Shown: piece after piece, positions 20,903 to 30,936 of the stretch | How positions within the stretch are numbered: the first letter of the stretch is position 1 | Layout of the letters: each line of letters starts with the position of its first letter | Assembly: GCA_965238175.1 (NCBI GenBank) | Contig: CBDEGZ010000003.1 | Coordinates: forward strand, 2,560,001-2,624,000 | Direction: 5' to 3' | Origin: Gammaproteobacteria bacterium | GTDB lineage: Bacteria > Pseudomonadota > Gammaproteobacteria > CAJXQU01 | DNA length: 64,000 nucleotides | Translations under genes and position numbers: made by a program | The notes under the pieces: model-generated | The model's input: the letters and a program-made list of their open reading frames with translations, nothing else | The model's database searches: none | Told to the model about the DNA's origin: nothing

Positions 20903-21412
20903 TTAAGCGTGAGCAGCAAATGGATGTTCGCTACCTTTGTTCGCTACAACGTCAGCTGCTTTCGGCTCACGAGCCACTGCACGTTTGATAGACTCTTTAA
21001 CAGCTTCGTAGTTATAGTCCTGAATTTTAGCATCATCCTCAGCTTCCCAATGAATGAATACACCAACAGAAATGAAGATATCATCAGCTTCGTCAGCAGG
21101 GATAGTGCCGTCTTCTACGCAATCAGTCACTGCCATTGCAACACCACGTTGTGCTGGGCCAAACATTTGTACTGCTTGCTTAGCACCTTTGATCGTTACT
21201 TTGTTGAACATAATTGTGCTTGGCTTAGCCGCCAAGTTAGGAGCAACAACCGCTAATAGCGTACTGAAACCATCTTTGTTATTACACAGTGCATTACAGA
21301 ATGCTGTTTCTGCTGCAGAACCACGTGGCCCCATAATCAAGTCAATATGTGCAACCTCATTACCGTCGCCTACCAAAGATTCACCAACCAATACTCGGTC
21401 AATAACTGCCAT
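20903..21412 (-). CDS. fae: Formaldehyde-activating enzyme
   Basis: [45 protein letters not shown]; real start ATG 21412 behind a GGAG SD. Confidence 0.97.
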   Translation of the reverse strand: MAVIDRVLVGESLVGDGNEVAHIDLIMGPRGSAAETAFCNALCNNKDGFSTLLAVVAPNLAAKPSTIMFNKVTIKGAKQAVQMFGPAQRGVAMAVTDCVEDGTIPADEADDIFISVGVFIHWEAEDDAKIQDYNYEAVKESIKRAVAREPKAADVVANKGSEHPFAAHA

Positions 21413-21595
21413 TGTTTTATCTCCTGTTTTTAGAGTTGAAGTAGAATTTGTTGTAGATGATTCTTCAACGAGTCCTCTGAATATTGACATCGCTTGTCAC
21501 CTTTATAAATTATTGACGAGTCTCCTCGTCTTGTTAAAAAGAACCGTACATTCTTAAACTTAAATATGTTTAAGAATGTCGATAAATAGTATTTT

Positions 21596-22456
21596 TCACA
21601 AAAGAGCTTCCAGAGATAATGCAACCAAACTGGCTACCGTAAGATCTGCACTTGTTCCTGGATTAACACCCACCCGTTTAAGTTCGTGATCATATCGTTG
21701 CAATTCACTATTTGCAACAATGGGATTCTCGCATGCTTTGAACATGGATTCCACTGATTCTGTACGCTTTCGAATATCTTCCGCAATTTCCTGATCAAAC
21801 TTGCGAACGATATGGCTATCCTCAAACATCGTCATGAATTTTAAGTAGCAAGCCACAGTTGCCCATTCAAGCCTGTTTTCTACATCTTTCCAGCGTAAGA
21901 CCTGCATTCGCAACGTATTCGTACCAGTCTGAAATATATCTTGATAGCCATTCGCATATTGCCATGCAACTCGATCACGATCTTGTGCAGCTTCCATCGC
22001 GGCAAGTAACGTTATTGCCGCTGGTTCTCTGACATCATGTTCAGGTGTATCCCCAAGTCCACCTGGATTTGCCAATTCAATCGCCTCAAAAGCCAACGTT
22101 GCATCCTCAATCGTTAAATTATCAAGCACACGATGGATCGTCTGCTGAAGATATTCATTCTCTTTTGTTATAAAAGTCGCTTGAGCCAATGGCGCTACCA
22201 GTAAAATAATCCCAAGGTTTGTATTACAACCTACTTGCGACATCGTCAGTTGCACGCTTTGTAGAATACGCTCCCCAACGGTCAATTCAGAATTTCCCAT
22301 TACTGGACTAATTAATTCGGCACTTCGGATAAAATCATCAGCTTCCATACCGTGCCCTTCCGAATGAACACTGACATTACCTGGCTTAAATGCCTTTATT
22401 TCGGTGATACAACTTTTATAAACTGCTTGGGTGATTATTTCGGATTTACTTGCCAT
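21596..22456 (-). CDS. CitG-like protein Orf7 (triphosphoribosyl-dephospho-CoA synthase family)
   Basis: KPGNV, NTNLGI.LL, ANPGGLG, NPGTSADL. Confidence 0.85.
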   Translation of the reverse strand: MASKSEIITQAVYKSCITEIKAFKPGNVSVHSEGHGMEADDFIRSAELISPVMGNSELTVGERILQSVQLTMSQVGCNTNLGIILLVAPLAQATFITKENEYLQQTIHRVLDNLTIEDATLAFEAIELANPGGLGDTPEHDVREPAAITLLAAMEAAQDRDRVAWQYANGYQDIFQTGTNTLRMQVLRWKDVENRLEWATVACYLKFMTMFEDSHIVRKFDQEIAEDIRKRTESVESMFKACENPIVANSELQRYDHELKRVGVNPGTSADLTVASLVALSLEALL

Positions 22457-22479
22457 TATTATCTATTTAATTTTTTATA

Positions 22480-23415
22480 TTACTTGAGCACTTTGATCTG
22501 CTGTGAGGCAGCCACTCTTGAAAGGAAATGATCAGAAAGCCGTTCAGCGATATTAAATTCACAGACTTTTTGTAATCCCCACCAGGCAGGGACACTATTA
22601 ACCTCAGTCACCAGGAAGTGGCCTTGCTCATCTTGCATCAAATCCACGCCAGCATAATCAATATCCACCGCATTGACTGCAGCTTCGGCTAGATCGGCTA
22701 ACTGCTGATCAAATTTGATCGCAACACATTTTGCGCCTTGTGAACGATTTGTGATCCAATGGCCTCCAGAGCGCAACATCATCGCTTCAGCTCGACCGTT
22801 AATGACAAAAACACGCCAATCTTGAAATTGTTCTGTGGTCTTCTCTACATAACGTTGGAGATAAAAAACACCTCCATAAATTTCCAAATCTTCGGGAAGA
22901 TCATCAATACTTTCAATTTTGATCAGACCAAGCCCTTGCGAACCAAACAATGGCTTCATAACTAAAATATTACCTTTGCCAGTTTGTTGAAGAATAATGG
23001 CCCGTGCATGTAATTCAGATTCACAGACCCAGGTATCTACCGTTGGAAGACCATGATGGCTGAGTATAAGACTTGTCATCATTTTATCGACGGTACGCTC
23101 AATTGCGCGACCATTATTGTAGACGACCTTTCCAGTCTCATAGAGAGCATGTAGCACGTTCAAACGCATAATGACCTGTTCCAATGTTCCTCCAGGAACA
23201 CCTCTAACGAAAACACCTGCTAGTTTTTCCTGATCAAATCCAGGTATCGTAATAGACGTATTCCTAACTCCGTTCTGACCAAAAACTGCCAAGTGACAAT
23301 CCATTAATGACACGTACTCACTCTCAAACCCACGTTGCGAAAATGCGGTTTTTAACTGTCGCCCATGCCAGCCAGGATCATCCGTAATAACGGCTATTTG
23401 ATTTGCAAGTGTCAT
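22480..23415 (-). CDS. RimK-family glutamate ligase Orf5 (MyfA; C1-cofactor polyglutamylation)
   Basis: GWHG..L, FVRG.PGG.LEQ, IERTVDK, KPLFGSQG, EVNS.PAW. Confidence 0.85.
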   Translation of the reverse strand: MTLANQIAVITDDPGWHGRQLKTAFSQRGFESEYVSLMDCHLAVFGQNGVRNTSITIPGFDQEKLAGVFVRGVPGGTLEQVIMRLNVLHALYETGKVVYNNGRAIERTVDKMMTSLILSHHGLPTVDTWVCESELHARAIILQQTGKGNILVMKPLFGSQGLGLIKIESIDDLPEDLEIYGGVFYLQRYVEKTTEQFQDWRVFVINGRAEAMMLRSGGHWITNRSQGAKCVAIKFDQQLADLAEAAVNAVDIDYAGVDLMQDEQGHFLVTEVNSVPAWWGLQKVCEFNIAERLSDHFLSRVAASQQIKVLK

Positions 23416-23460
23416 AAGCTTAAGTTCTTGCCTCCCACTGAAAAATGGAAAATACTAAAT

Positions 23461-23497
23461 AAAAAAAGGATCTCTTACCTGCAATAAGAGATCCTTT
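23461..23497 (-). terminator. Rho-independent terminator after mch
   Basis: 13-bp stem aaaggatctctta-cctgcaa-taagagatccttt followed by a U-run on the minus strand. Confidence 0.75.
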
Positions 23498-23523
23498 ATT
23501 TATGTTCTTATAAAGTATCGTTT

Positions 23524-24495
23524 TTAACCAAAAGATTGATCAAGCAATTTTTCATCTAAGTTACCCGCATGAAAACTCTTACCTGTTTTCACTGAAGAAA
23601 CAGTTACTTTTGCTGGGCTAAATAATAGTGGATCAATTTTATAGAAATCGTATCCTGAATCTTTAAAAATATCCGCAAATGGTTTTCCGTAGTCATTAGA
23701 AGAACTACTTGGTAACTTATTTGCTAAATCCTCTGCTTCGTCATTTTCTGCATCAACAAACAGGTGAACTTCACCACCAAATAAGATTGCATCATTTGTA
23801 CGCCCCATCGCTTTAACAAAATCAGTATGTGGTGGCGAAACTGGCGCTGAGGCAAAACCATCAACAATTTTATCTAATGGGAAATGGAGCTCATGCGCTT
23901 TATGTAAAGATGTTTCAAGAGAACGGGCAACAACTTGAACACCACCTGCTAGACTAGAAGTTGGTGTCAAAATTATTGTCAGATTTTCTGCGTTCACTTT
24001 GCATCTTTCAGCAATTTCATCAGCGAGTTCTGCAGGCGGATTTTTATCTACCTCGATAACCATCACAGCTGTATCACTTTTATCGCGATAACCCAGTTCA
24101 TCGAATAACGGCTCACTACTCCCTAAAGCACGTGCTGGTCCTGAGCCTAAGGCCATAAATTTTTCCTTACCTTCACCGTGCGACAGACTCCAACCAGCAT
24201 ATTGGCTCGCCAGGCAAGCAAGAACAGGGTTAGATGAATAAACATCAATATTCGTACGCCAATTTCTAAAATTAGTACCAGAGCTAAAACTTACTGTGCC
24301 TAAACCACCCAAGCAGATTTCACCCACTAATCGACCTGCTTCAAGTCCGCCAAGCACCTTAACGCCCGCATCAATGACCGTCGTTCCATTTGAGAGGTTC
24401 TCAACTCCCAATCGTAGCGCTTGCGCATTAGCGATCATTTTATCAACAATGGAGCCGGCTAATTGATTAACGCTTGGTTTAAATTCTTCACTCAT
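23524..24495 (-). CDS. mch: Methenyltetrahydromethanopterin cyclohydrolase
   Basis: [39 protein letters not shown]. Confidence 0.96.
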   Translation of the reverse strand: MSEEFKPSVNQLAGSIVDKMIANAQALRLGVENLSNGTTVIDAGVKVLGGLEAGRLVGEICLGGLGTVSFSSGTNFRNWRTNIDVYSSNPVLACLASQYAGWSLSHGEGKEKFMALGSGPARALGSSEPLFDELGYRDKSDTAVMVIEVDKNPPAELADEIAERCKVNAENLTIILTPTSSLAGGVQVVARSLETSLHKAHELHFPLDKIVDGFASAPVSPPHTDFVKAMGRTNDAILFGGEVHLFVDAENDEAEDLANKLPSSSSNDYGKPFADIFKDSGYDFYKIDPLLFSPAKVTVSSVKTGKSFHAGNLDEKLLDQSFG

Positions 24496-24537
24496 TTCAC
24501 TATCTCAACTTATTATATGTTTTATTAAAATTATTAT

Positions 24538-25608
24538 TTATCGGTACTTTATTTCAATTTCATTGCATTGATTATGCACTAGTTTTATAGCTTTGTCGGC
24601 ACTTGAAGCTTGGGAATATATTGTGCAGAAAGGTTCTCCCTGCTTAATATATTCACCATTTTGGGGGATGTCCGATGCCCAATCCGGCCAATGTTCAGGC
24701 CAGGTTATATTTAGTGGCCCAAGATCATTACTCGCATAGACAATTGTTTTTGCATAATAATTTTGATCCTCTGTTCGAGCAAAATCAATCTCACCATGAC
24801 AAGCCTTTATATGTGATAAAAATAAACAGTCTGTTTTTAGTTCATGCAGATCAAAGGTAGAAACCGGTCTGGGGTTAATCTCTAAAACGTAAATCTGATC
24901 ACATCCATCAAGGATGAAATCCAGCCCACACAATCCGACCAAGTTTAAGGAATTGCTAAGTTTTTCTACGATTGTTTTAAGCGAGTCATAAACAGGAAAA
25001 TCATTAAAGGTAACGGCTCCTCCAAATCGAAACGAAGTATCGCTCTCTGTCCAGATCTGATTTATTCCAACAATTTTCGCCTTTTCACCATCGGTAAGAA
25101 AAACGACTGAACACGTTTGTCCTTGTTGATATGTCTGAAAATAATAAGTATCCGGATAAATTTTTTTCTTATCCCACCAAGCAACATGCTCACCGCCACA
25201 AGCAGCTTTTTGTTTGACTAACCACTTACCTTCTACAGGAGGGGATAAACGAATTTCGGGGTGATAGATCCTAAGTTGATTTAAATGGTCAGAAAGATAA
25301 GTAGGATCTTTTGCTGCACTAACCGTTTTATAATCGTTACCAAGTAATGGATATTTGTCAGCGAGTCTTTTGATCAGATCAATGCGGTGCTCAAACCCAC
25401 TTGCGAGTATCAACCCAAGAAAATCATATTTTCTCCAACACCCTTCAATCGCTGCAAGGAGAGTTTCATCACAAAACTCTAGGAGCACTTTGCATTCATC
25501 AGAATAATGTTTAGTATCCTGATCGCCAAATTGATCAATAACAACCGTCGGAATACTGACTTTAAATGCTGATTGTGCCAGCATCCGGCCAGATTGACCT
25601 ACAATCAA
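24538..25608 (-). CDS. ATP-grasp protein OrfY (MyfB-like)
   Basis: SGRMLAQSA, ID.FGD.DT, GL.GLDF, EINPR, DIP...I..GEP.CT; TTG start uncertain. Confidence 0.8.
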   Translation of the reverse strand: MIVGQSGRMLAQSAFKVSIPTVVIDQFGDQDTKHYSDECKVLLEFCDETLLAAIEGCWRKYDFLGLILASGFEHRIDLIKRLADKYPLLGNDYKTVSAAKDPTYLSDHLNQLRIYHPEIRLSPPVEGKWLVKQKAACGGEHVAWWDKKKIYPDTYYFQTYQQGQTCSVVFLTDGEKAKIVGINQIWTESDTSFRFGGAVTFNDFPVYDSLKTIVEKLSNSLNLVGLCGLDFILDGCDQIYVLEINPRPVSTFDLHELKTDCLFLSHIKACHGEIDFARTEDQNYYAKTIVYASNDLGPLNITWPEHWPDWASDIPQNGEYIKQGEPFCTIYSQASSADKAIKLVHNQCNEIEIKYR

Positions 25609-25614
25609 ATAGAT

Positions 25615-26535
25615 CTACTTTATCCTTTTCTTAGCAATCTTTCTGGCCACTTCAAACGCTTTTTCATGATCAACATAAATGGGATCACCTTCATCATCAA
25701 TCATCAGTTTAAACAAGTCGTAATGAACCTTGTATTTAATATCGCCAATGGCAAGCGCACCAATACCAACAGCCTCCCCTGGCGTATTCTCGATCACTTT
25801 CCCCATATCGTTAATTTCAACACCTTCAATACCTAAAGGTGGAACAGCATTCACATCTGCTGCAACAATTAGGTTTTTCGCTTGACGTAATTGGTCTGCG
25901 CGCAGAATACGTATACCTGCCTTTGCCGCACCAATAACAATATGCGAATCATCCAAGAATGACGCAACTTGTTCATCCGTCCCACTACCTGCACCATCCA
26001 CTTTAAGTCTAAAACGTAAATTAACTTCATCGGCGATCTCCTGACCAACAGCTGGGCCAAGGTAACTAACCAACGAAACATGTGCACCACAGTTTGCGGC
26101 CAGAACACCCGCACAAATACCCACAGGCCCAGTTCCAATTATGTCGACATTTTTGCCTTCCAAATTGCCTTTTCCTTGTTTCTCTACCCAACGTTCAACG
26201 CTGGCGACTATCGCAGCTGCAGTGGTAATCGCCCCACTCGGATCAGCAAAAACCGAAACTTCAAAAGGTGGCACCATCGCTGCCTGGGCTCGCTTTAGCA
26301 TGTCTAACGCTAATGGGAAATCGCGGCCTCCAATAAAAATACTAGTGCGTTTAACACCCGTCGGGCCACGTGAAAAAATCGTATCCTGCGTCAACCCATG
26401 AATATCATCTAATTCCACAGACGTGTATGGAATAACCCGATCAAAATCGGCTTCATAAGCCATATTGACGTCAAATGGGCTGACGTTCTTTGTCGGATTA
26501 AACATGTGTAATAAATACGGATCTTCTTTTTTCAT
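25615..26535 (-). CDS. mtdB: NAD(P)-dependent methylene-H4MPT dehydrogenase
   Basis: NVSPFDVNMAY, QDTIFSRGP, VFADPSGA.TTAAA, DVNAVPPLGIEG, GALAIG. Confidence 0.93.
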   Translation of the reverse strand: MKKEDPYLLHMFNPTKNVSPFDVNMAYEADFDRVIPYTSVELDDIHGLTQDTIFSRGPTGVKRTSIFIGGRDFPLALDMLKRAQAAMVPPFEVSVFADPSGAITTAAAIVASVERWVEKQGKGNLEGKNVDIIGTGPVGICAGVLAANCGAHVSLVSYLGPAVGQEIADEVNLRFRLKVDGAGSGTDEQVASFLDDSHIVIGAAKAGIRILRADQLRQAKNLIVAADVNAVPPLGIEGVEINDMGKVIENTPGEAVGIGALAIGDIKYKVHYDLFKLMIDDEGDPIYVDHEKAFEVARKIAKKRIK

Positions 26536-26630
26536 CTATCAGATTTCCTTTTAATTACTTCATAAAGAGTTAGGTTGTATTTGCTTATGTCATGTAGATG
26601 CAAGAGCATACTTTTTCGATCAAGTTTCTC

Positions 26631-27662
26631 TCACCCCACCTTGGCGACCTTATCAGAAATCTCTATCGTCGCTCCAGTATTTAAAGCTTGGCAAATCATG
26701 AAACTCAAATCAGTATTACTACTCACTTTTACCGCTTTTTTTACTAATCTATTCGCCTCAAGCTCATTTTCAACCAGAGCAAATCCCGTTGGCCCCCATG
26801 AACTTTGTCCTACGCCAGCAACGCCTTGATCATCCATCCACGTCAAGGCATCTGCAACAAGGTTACTGCTATAACGCCCGCCTTGATAATTAGCAAAATA
26901 ATCGCCAACGCGCTCTTGTACATTGGTGACGCCTTTTCCGAAATCCTGAATGTTCGATTCAACTAATGCAGGCAAGATCCGCATAAGTACCGTTCGGCAT
27001 AAATTACCCGAAACACCAGGATCCATAGGCGGTAACTTTTTAAATGCCAGCTTTTCATGTGAGCCATTCAAACCAACTTTATTGTTATCAAAAATCAAGA
27101 TTAACCGCCACGCTTCTGGAAATTCCATCCGGCATATCACTGGTGGGATAACCGTCTTACCGCCACGTCCACCATCAACAATAAACCCACCTTGCTGAAA
27201 AGCACCGACACCAATACCAGAGCGAGCACCACGTGCAGTTAATTTCGCAATGGTTGTAACATCAATATCGAGATCAAATAAATGAGAGATAGCAGAACAA
27301 ACCGCCAAACCTAATTGTGTGCCCGATCCCAACCCAGCATGGCTCGGAATAGCTTCATGAAGTTCAATATGAACGCCACGATCTGGTGCATATTCCTCAA
27401 GCAATAACTTTGCATATTTGATCGCGCGTTCTGCACTGGAACTATTGTTTGGATCATTAGCAGTAACATCATCACTCGCTTTCACAGTCAGATGAGTGCT
27501 TAAACCTGCAAGCGTTAATCCCAAGCCTCCAAAATTACGCCCTAAGCCACCATTCATATCCATAAAACCCAAATGTAATCGAGCCGGTGCTTTAACCGTT
27601 ACGGATCTGGGTGACAAACGCGGATGCTGACCTATCAAAAGAAAGATCTCCTTGTATAACAA
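26631..27662 (-). CDS. mptG: Beta-ribofuranosylaminobenzene 5'-phosphate synthase (Orf4)
   Basis: APARLHLG, H.GLGSGTQL, RG.RSGIG, GQSSWGPTGF; start uncertain. Confidence 0.92.
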   Translation of the reverse strand: MLYKEIFLLIGQHPRLSPRSVTVKAPARLHLGFMDMNGGLGRNFGGLGLTLAGLSTHLTVKASDDVTANDPNNSSSAERAIKYAKLLLEEYAPDRGVHIELHEAIPSHAGLGSGTQLGLAVCSAISHLFDLDIDVTTIAKLTARGARSGIGVGAFQQGGFIVDGGRGGKTVIPPVICRMEFPEAWRLILIFDNNKVGLNGSHEKLAFKKLPPMDPGVSGNLCRTVLMRILPALVESNIQDFGKGVTNVQERVGDYFANYQGGRYSSNLVADALTWMDDQGVAGVGQSSWGPTGFALVENELEANRLVKKAVKVSSNTDLSFMICQALNTGATIEISDKVAKVG

Positions 27663-27699
27663 AAATCACATGTTGTGTTCATCAGTCGATTAGGCACTA

Positions 27700-29361
27700 T
27701 TAATCCTCAGCCTGTAATTTCAAACCAACCGATCTTAAAGCGGCTTCACGTGTCCAAAGAACATGCTGCTTATCCATTGGCCGAAGAATATCCAGGCTCT
27801 GCATAATTTTATAAACCTCATCATCAAACCCACACAAATAAATATCACGATCACTTTCGACATGCGTTAGGATAATATCTTCGATGGCTTTACATGATGT
27901 TGTGTCGATTAAATGTACGTCGGTCAAATCAAGCACCAGCATGTCATAGTCATCTATGTTAGCTAATTGCTTACCCATTTCTCTAGCCGCACCAAAACTG
28001 ATTGGTCCGGTTAAATGGAAAAGTAATACACGACCGTCCGCCGCTTTCATAATTGCCGCTTCTTCATCTGTTAGAGGTGTTTCATCACTCGGTCCTCTAA
28101 TCAGATTTATATTCTCAACTTGTAGACCATGGAGTCGGTTAACCAGAATTAAACAAGAAGCAACAATACCGGCACCCACTGCTGTAATTAAATCGACAAA
28201 TACAGTGATCAACAAAACCGCGATCATAATCAGAACATCTATACGCGGCGCAGTAGTGAGCCGCTTCACATAATCCCAATCAATAATGTCATAACCCACT
28301 TTGATCAAAATACCGGCAAGTACCGCATGCGGAATACTTTCTGCTAGCGAACCTAAACCGAGAACAATCGCCAGTAGAATAACTGAATGTAGCCCACCTG
28401 AGATCGGTGTTCTACCGCCAGCACGAATATTCACAACCGTTCGCATTGTTGCGCCTGCACCCGGTAGTCCCCAGAAAAAACCGGCAATCGTATTGCCGAT
28501 ACCCTGACCTATCAGCTCACGATCTGAATTATGGATTGTTCGTGTTTTATTATCCGCAACTAATGATGTAAGTAACGAGTCAATCGCCCCTAGAAGTGCA
28601 AGTACAAATGCTGATTTCAACATATCAACGATTAATTCCGGTGAATAAGTAGGCAGATGAAATTCAGGCGCACCCGTTGGTATATCACCTATGATTTTCA
28701 CATTGCCACCTTTGGCTAGAAAAAATAGATACATAATCGTGCCGACAATCAACGCTAACAACGATCCGGGAATAATTTTATTAAAGCGGGCGGGCCAGAA
28801 CCAGACAATTACTAAGGTCAATAAGCCAAGAATTGTTGCATCAAATATTGGGTTCGAGAGTAGGCCTGGCAAATTGCTAAATGCACCAAGAATACCGCCA
28901 TCTTTCGTTGTTTCGTGCCCAACCAACGGAGCAAGCTGAAGAATAATAATAATAACGCCAATACCACTCATGAAACCTGATAGCACTGGATAGGGTACAA
29001 AATCAATATAACGCCCGAGTTTTAAAACCCCCATCAGAATTTGGATCAACCCACCCAGAATCACGACAGTAAATGCAGTTGCCAAACCTGTCTCAGGATC
29101 CGCTGCTATGTATTGCAAAATAATCGCAGTCATAACCACCGTCATAGGTCCCGTAGGGCCAGAAACTTGCGATGGCGTCCCGCCAAATATTGCCGCAAAA
29201 AATCCAACAATAATTGCTCCATACATACCATAGATTGCACCGGCACCAGAGGCTACGCCGAAAGCTAGCGCTAAAGGGAGTGCAACAACAGCTGCTGTAA
29301 CCCCTCCGTAGATATCCCCACGTATATTACGAAAATGTAATCCATGTACTAATTGTGTCAT
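27700..29361 (-). CDS. SulP/SLC26 anion transporter with STAS domain, BicA-like
   Basis: HFRNIRGD..GG.TAAV.ALP.ALAFG.ASGAG, GPTGPMTVV, GAIDSLLT, PGAGATMRT; C-terminal STAS; ATG 29361 behind AGAGG. Confidence 0.9.
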   Translation of the reverse strand: MTQLVHGLHFRNIRGDIYGGVTAAVVALPLALAFGVASGAGAIYGMYGAIIVGFFAAIFGGTPSQVSGPTGPMTVVMTAIILQYIAADPETGLATAFTVVILGGLIQILMGVLKLGRYIDFVPYPVLSGFMSGIGVIIIILQLAPLVGHETTKDGGILGAFSNLPGLLSNPIFDATILGLLTLVIVWFWPARFNKIIPGSLLALIVGTIMYLFFLAKGGNVKIIGDIPTGAPEFHLPTYSPELIVDMLKSAFVLALLGAIDSLLTSLVADNKTRTIHNSDRELIGQGIGNTIAGFFWGLPGAGATMRTVVNIRAGGRTPISGGLHSVILLAIVLGLGSLAESIPHAVLAGILIKVGYDIIDWDYVKRLTTAPRIDVLIMIAVLLITVFVDLITAVGAGIVASCLILVNRLHGLQVENINLIRGPSDETPLTDEEAAIMKAADGRVLLFHLTGPISFGAAREMGKQLANIDDYDMLVLDLTDVHLIDTTSCKAIEDIILTHVESDRDIYLCGFDDEVYKIMQSLDILRPMDKQHVLWTREAALRSVGLKLQAED

Positions 29362-29638
29362 TTTTCCTCTCTTCACTTAATCTTAAAACATGTGAGTATT
29401 TAATTTATTCTTATTTTAATTATTCAGGCTAACTTTTTTGACCAGGCTTGACTAAAACCAGATCTGGAGCCTTTAAGAAAACTATGTTAGTTTTACACAC
29501 TTGTAACACAAGTAGGGGATGTCTATTCTGAGATCATCTTTGAAACACTCTGTTTCCATCCCAACTTCACTATAGTATTACTTACTGATTATTTAATACT
29601 TTTGATATTTATTTTTCCAACCAGGCGGAATAGATTAT

Positions 29639-30922
29639 ATGACATCATCGACAAATTCATCCAGTAAAAAAGAAATTTTACACGATGTACCGAATCCATT
29701 TTGTGGAACGCTTCCAGATGATCTTAAGGTCGAAGTGTCTAACAATGAACTAAAAGTAATCAATACTTCTTGCCCAATTACCACTGCGGGTTTTGAACGA
29801 AAACTGCCTAAAAATTCAAACCCTCAAATCAATGGTAAAAATGTGGATATAGATCAAGCCATTGCTAAAGCGGCCAGTCTGATCAAAAAATCCAGTTGTA
29901 CACTCTTTGGTGGACTCGGTACCGATGTCTCTGGCAATCGAAATATTCTTAGAACAGCCGACAAGGTCGGGGGCGTAGTTGATCATATGCTCGGTGATGG
30001 CATCCTGCGTAATGTATTGGCGATGAGTGATCGTGGTTGGGTAATGACCACTTTAACCGAGATCAAAAACCGTGCGGATTTGATCGTTTTTGTTGGAACC
30101 GATGCAACTGAACACTCTCGTTTTCATGAGCGCGTGATCTGGAATAAAGACGCTATGTTTGTAAAGCCAAGTGAACGTGAAATCGTTTATCTCGGCAAAA
30201 AACTTAATACTAAACCTGGCATCTCGCCAAGTGGCAGAAAACCATTTACCATCCCTTGTGATATTGATCAGTTACCTAGCGTGATAAACACACTACATGC
30301 ACTAATAGAAGGTCATTCACTGCAGGCAAAAAAATCAGGCGGTGCGACTATTGCTAACCTGCAAAAACTGGCGGATAAAATTGATGCAGCTAATTATCCA
30401 GTTTTTGTCTGGTCACCACCGAAACTCGGCTTTGATAATGCAGAATTAGCCGTTGGCGCCATCTCAGATATCGTGCGCAAATTGACAGCAACAAAACGCG
30501 CAGCAGGATTTTCCCTCGGCGGTGGAGAAGGTGCGGCAACAGCTATCGCAGTCTCCACATGGCAAACGGGTTACCCACTACGTGTCAGCTTTGCTAAAGG
30601 ACACCCAGAATATAATCCAACACGTTTTAGCATCAGCGAAATGTTGTCTTCTGGTCAAGCCGATACTTTAGTGTGGATCTCCACCATCTCGTCAAATAAA
30701 TTACCCCCTGAAACCGATATACCAACGATTGTTATCGGTGAACCAGGAATGAAACTCAAAACCACACCTGATGTATTTATCCCAGCTGGAACACCGGGTA
30801 TCGATCACAAAGGTCTAATGGTTCGAGTCGATGCTGTCGTTTCACTCTCATTAAAAAAACTTCGCGATGTTGGACTACCTAGTGTGGCTCATATCTTCGA
30901 CAAAATTCATCAAGCACTTTAA
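29639..30922 (+). CDS. fhcB: Formyltransferase/hydrolase complex subunit B
   Basis: PFCG...DDL, GGLGTDV.G, TTL.E.KNRAD, WQTGYPLR, TPGIDH.G. Confidence 0.9.
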   Translation: MTSSTNSSSKKEILHDVPNPFCGTLPDDLKVEVSNNELKVINTSCPITTAGFERKLPKNSNPQINGKNVDIDQAIAKAASLIKKSSCTLFGGLGTDVSGNRNILRTADKVGGVVDHMLGDGILRNVLAMSDRGWVMTTLTEIKNRADLIVFVGTDATEHSRFHERVIWNKDAMFVKPSEREIVYLGKKLNTKPGISPSGRKPFTIPCDIDQLPSVINTLHALIEGHSLQAKKSGGATIANLQKLADKIDAANYPVFVWSPPKLGFDNAELAVGAISDIVRKLTATKRAAGFSLGGGEGAATAIAVSTWQTGYPLRVSFAKGHPEYNPTRFSISEMLSSGQADTLVWISTISSNKLPPETDIPTIVIGEPGMKLKTTPDVFIPAGTPGIDHKGLMVRVDAVVSLSLKKLRDVGLPSVAHIFDKIHQAL

Positions 30923-30936
30923 GTAAAGGATTCTAT

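Noticed and set aside
21413-21490. 26-aa N-terminal extension of Fae
   Set aside because: Fae homology and a good SD point to ATG 21412
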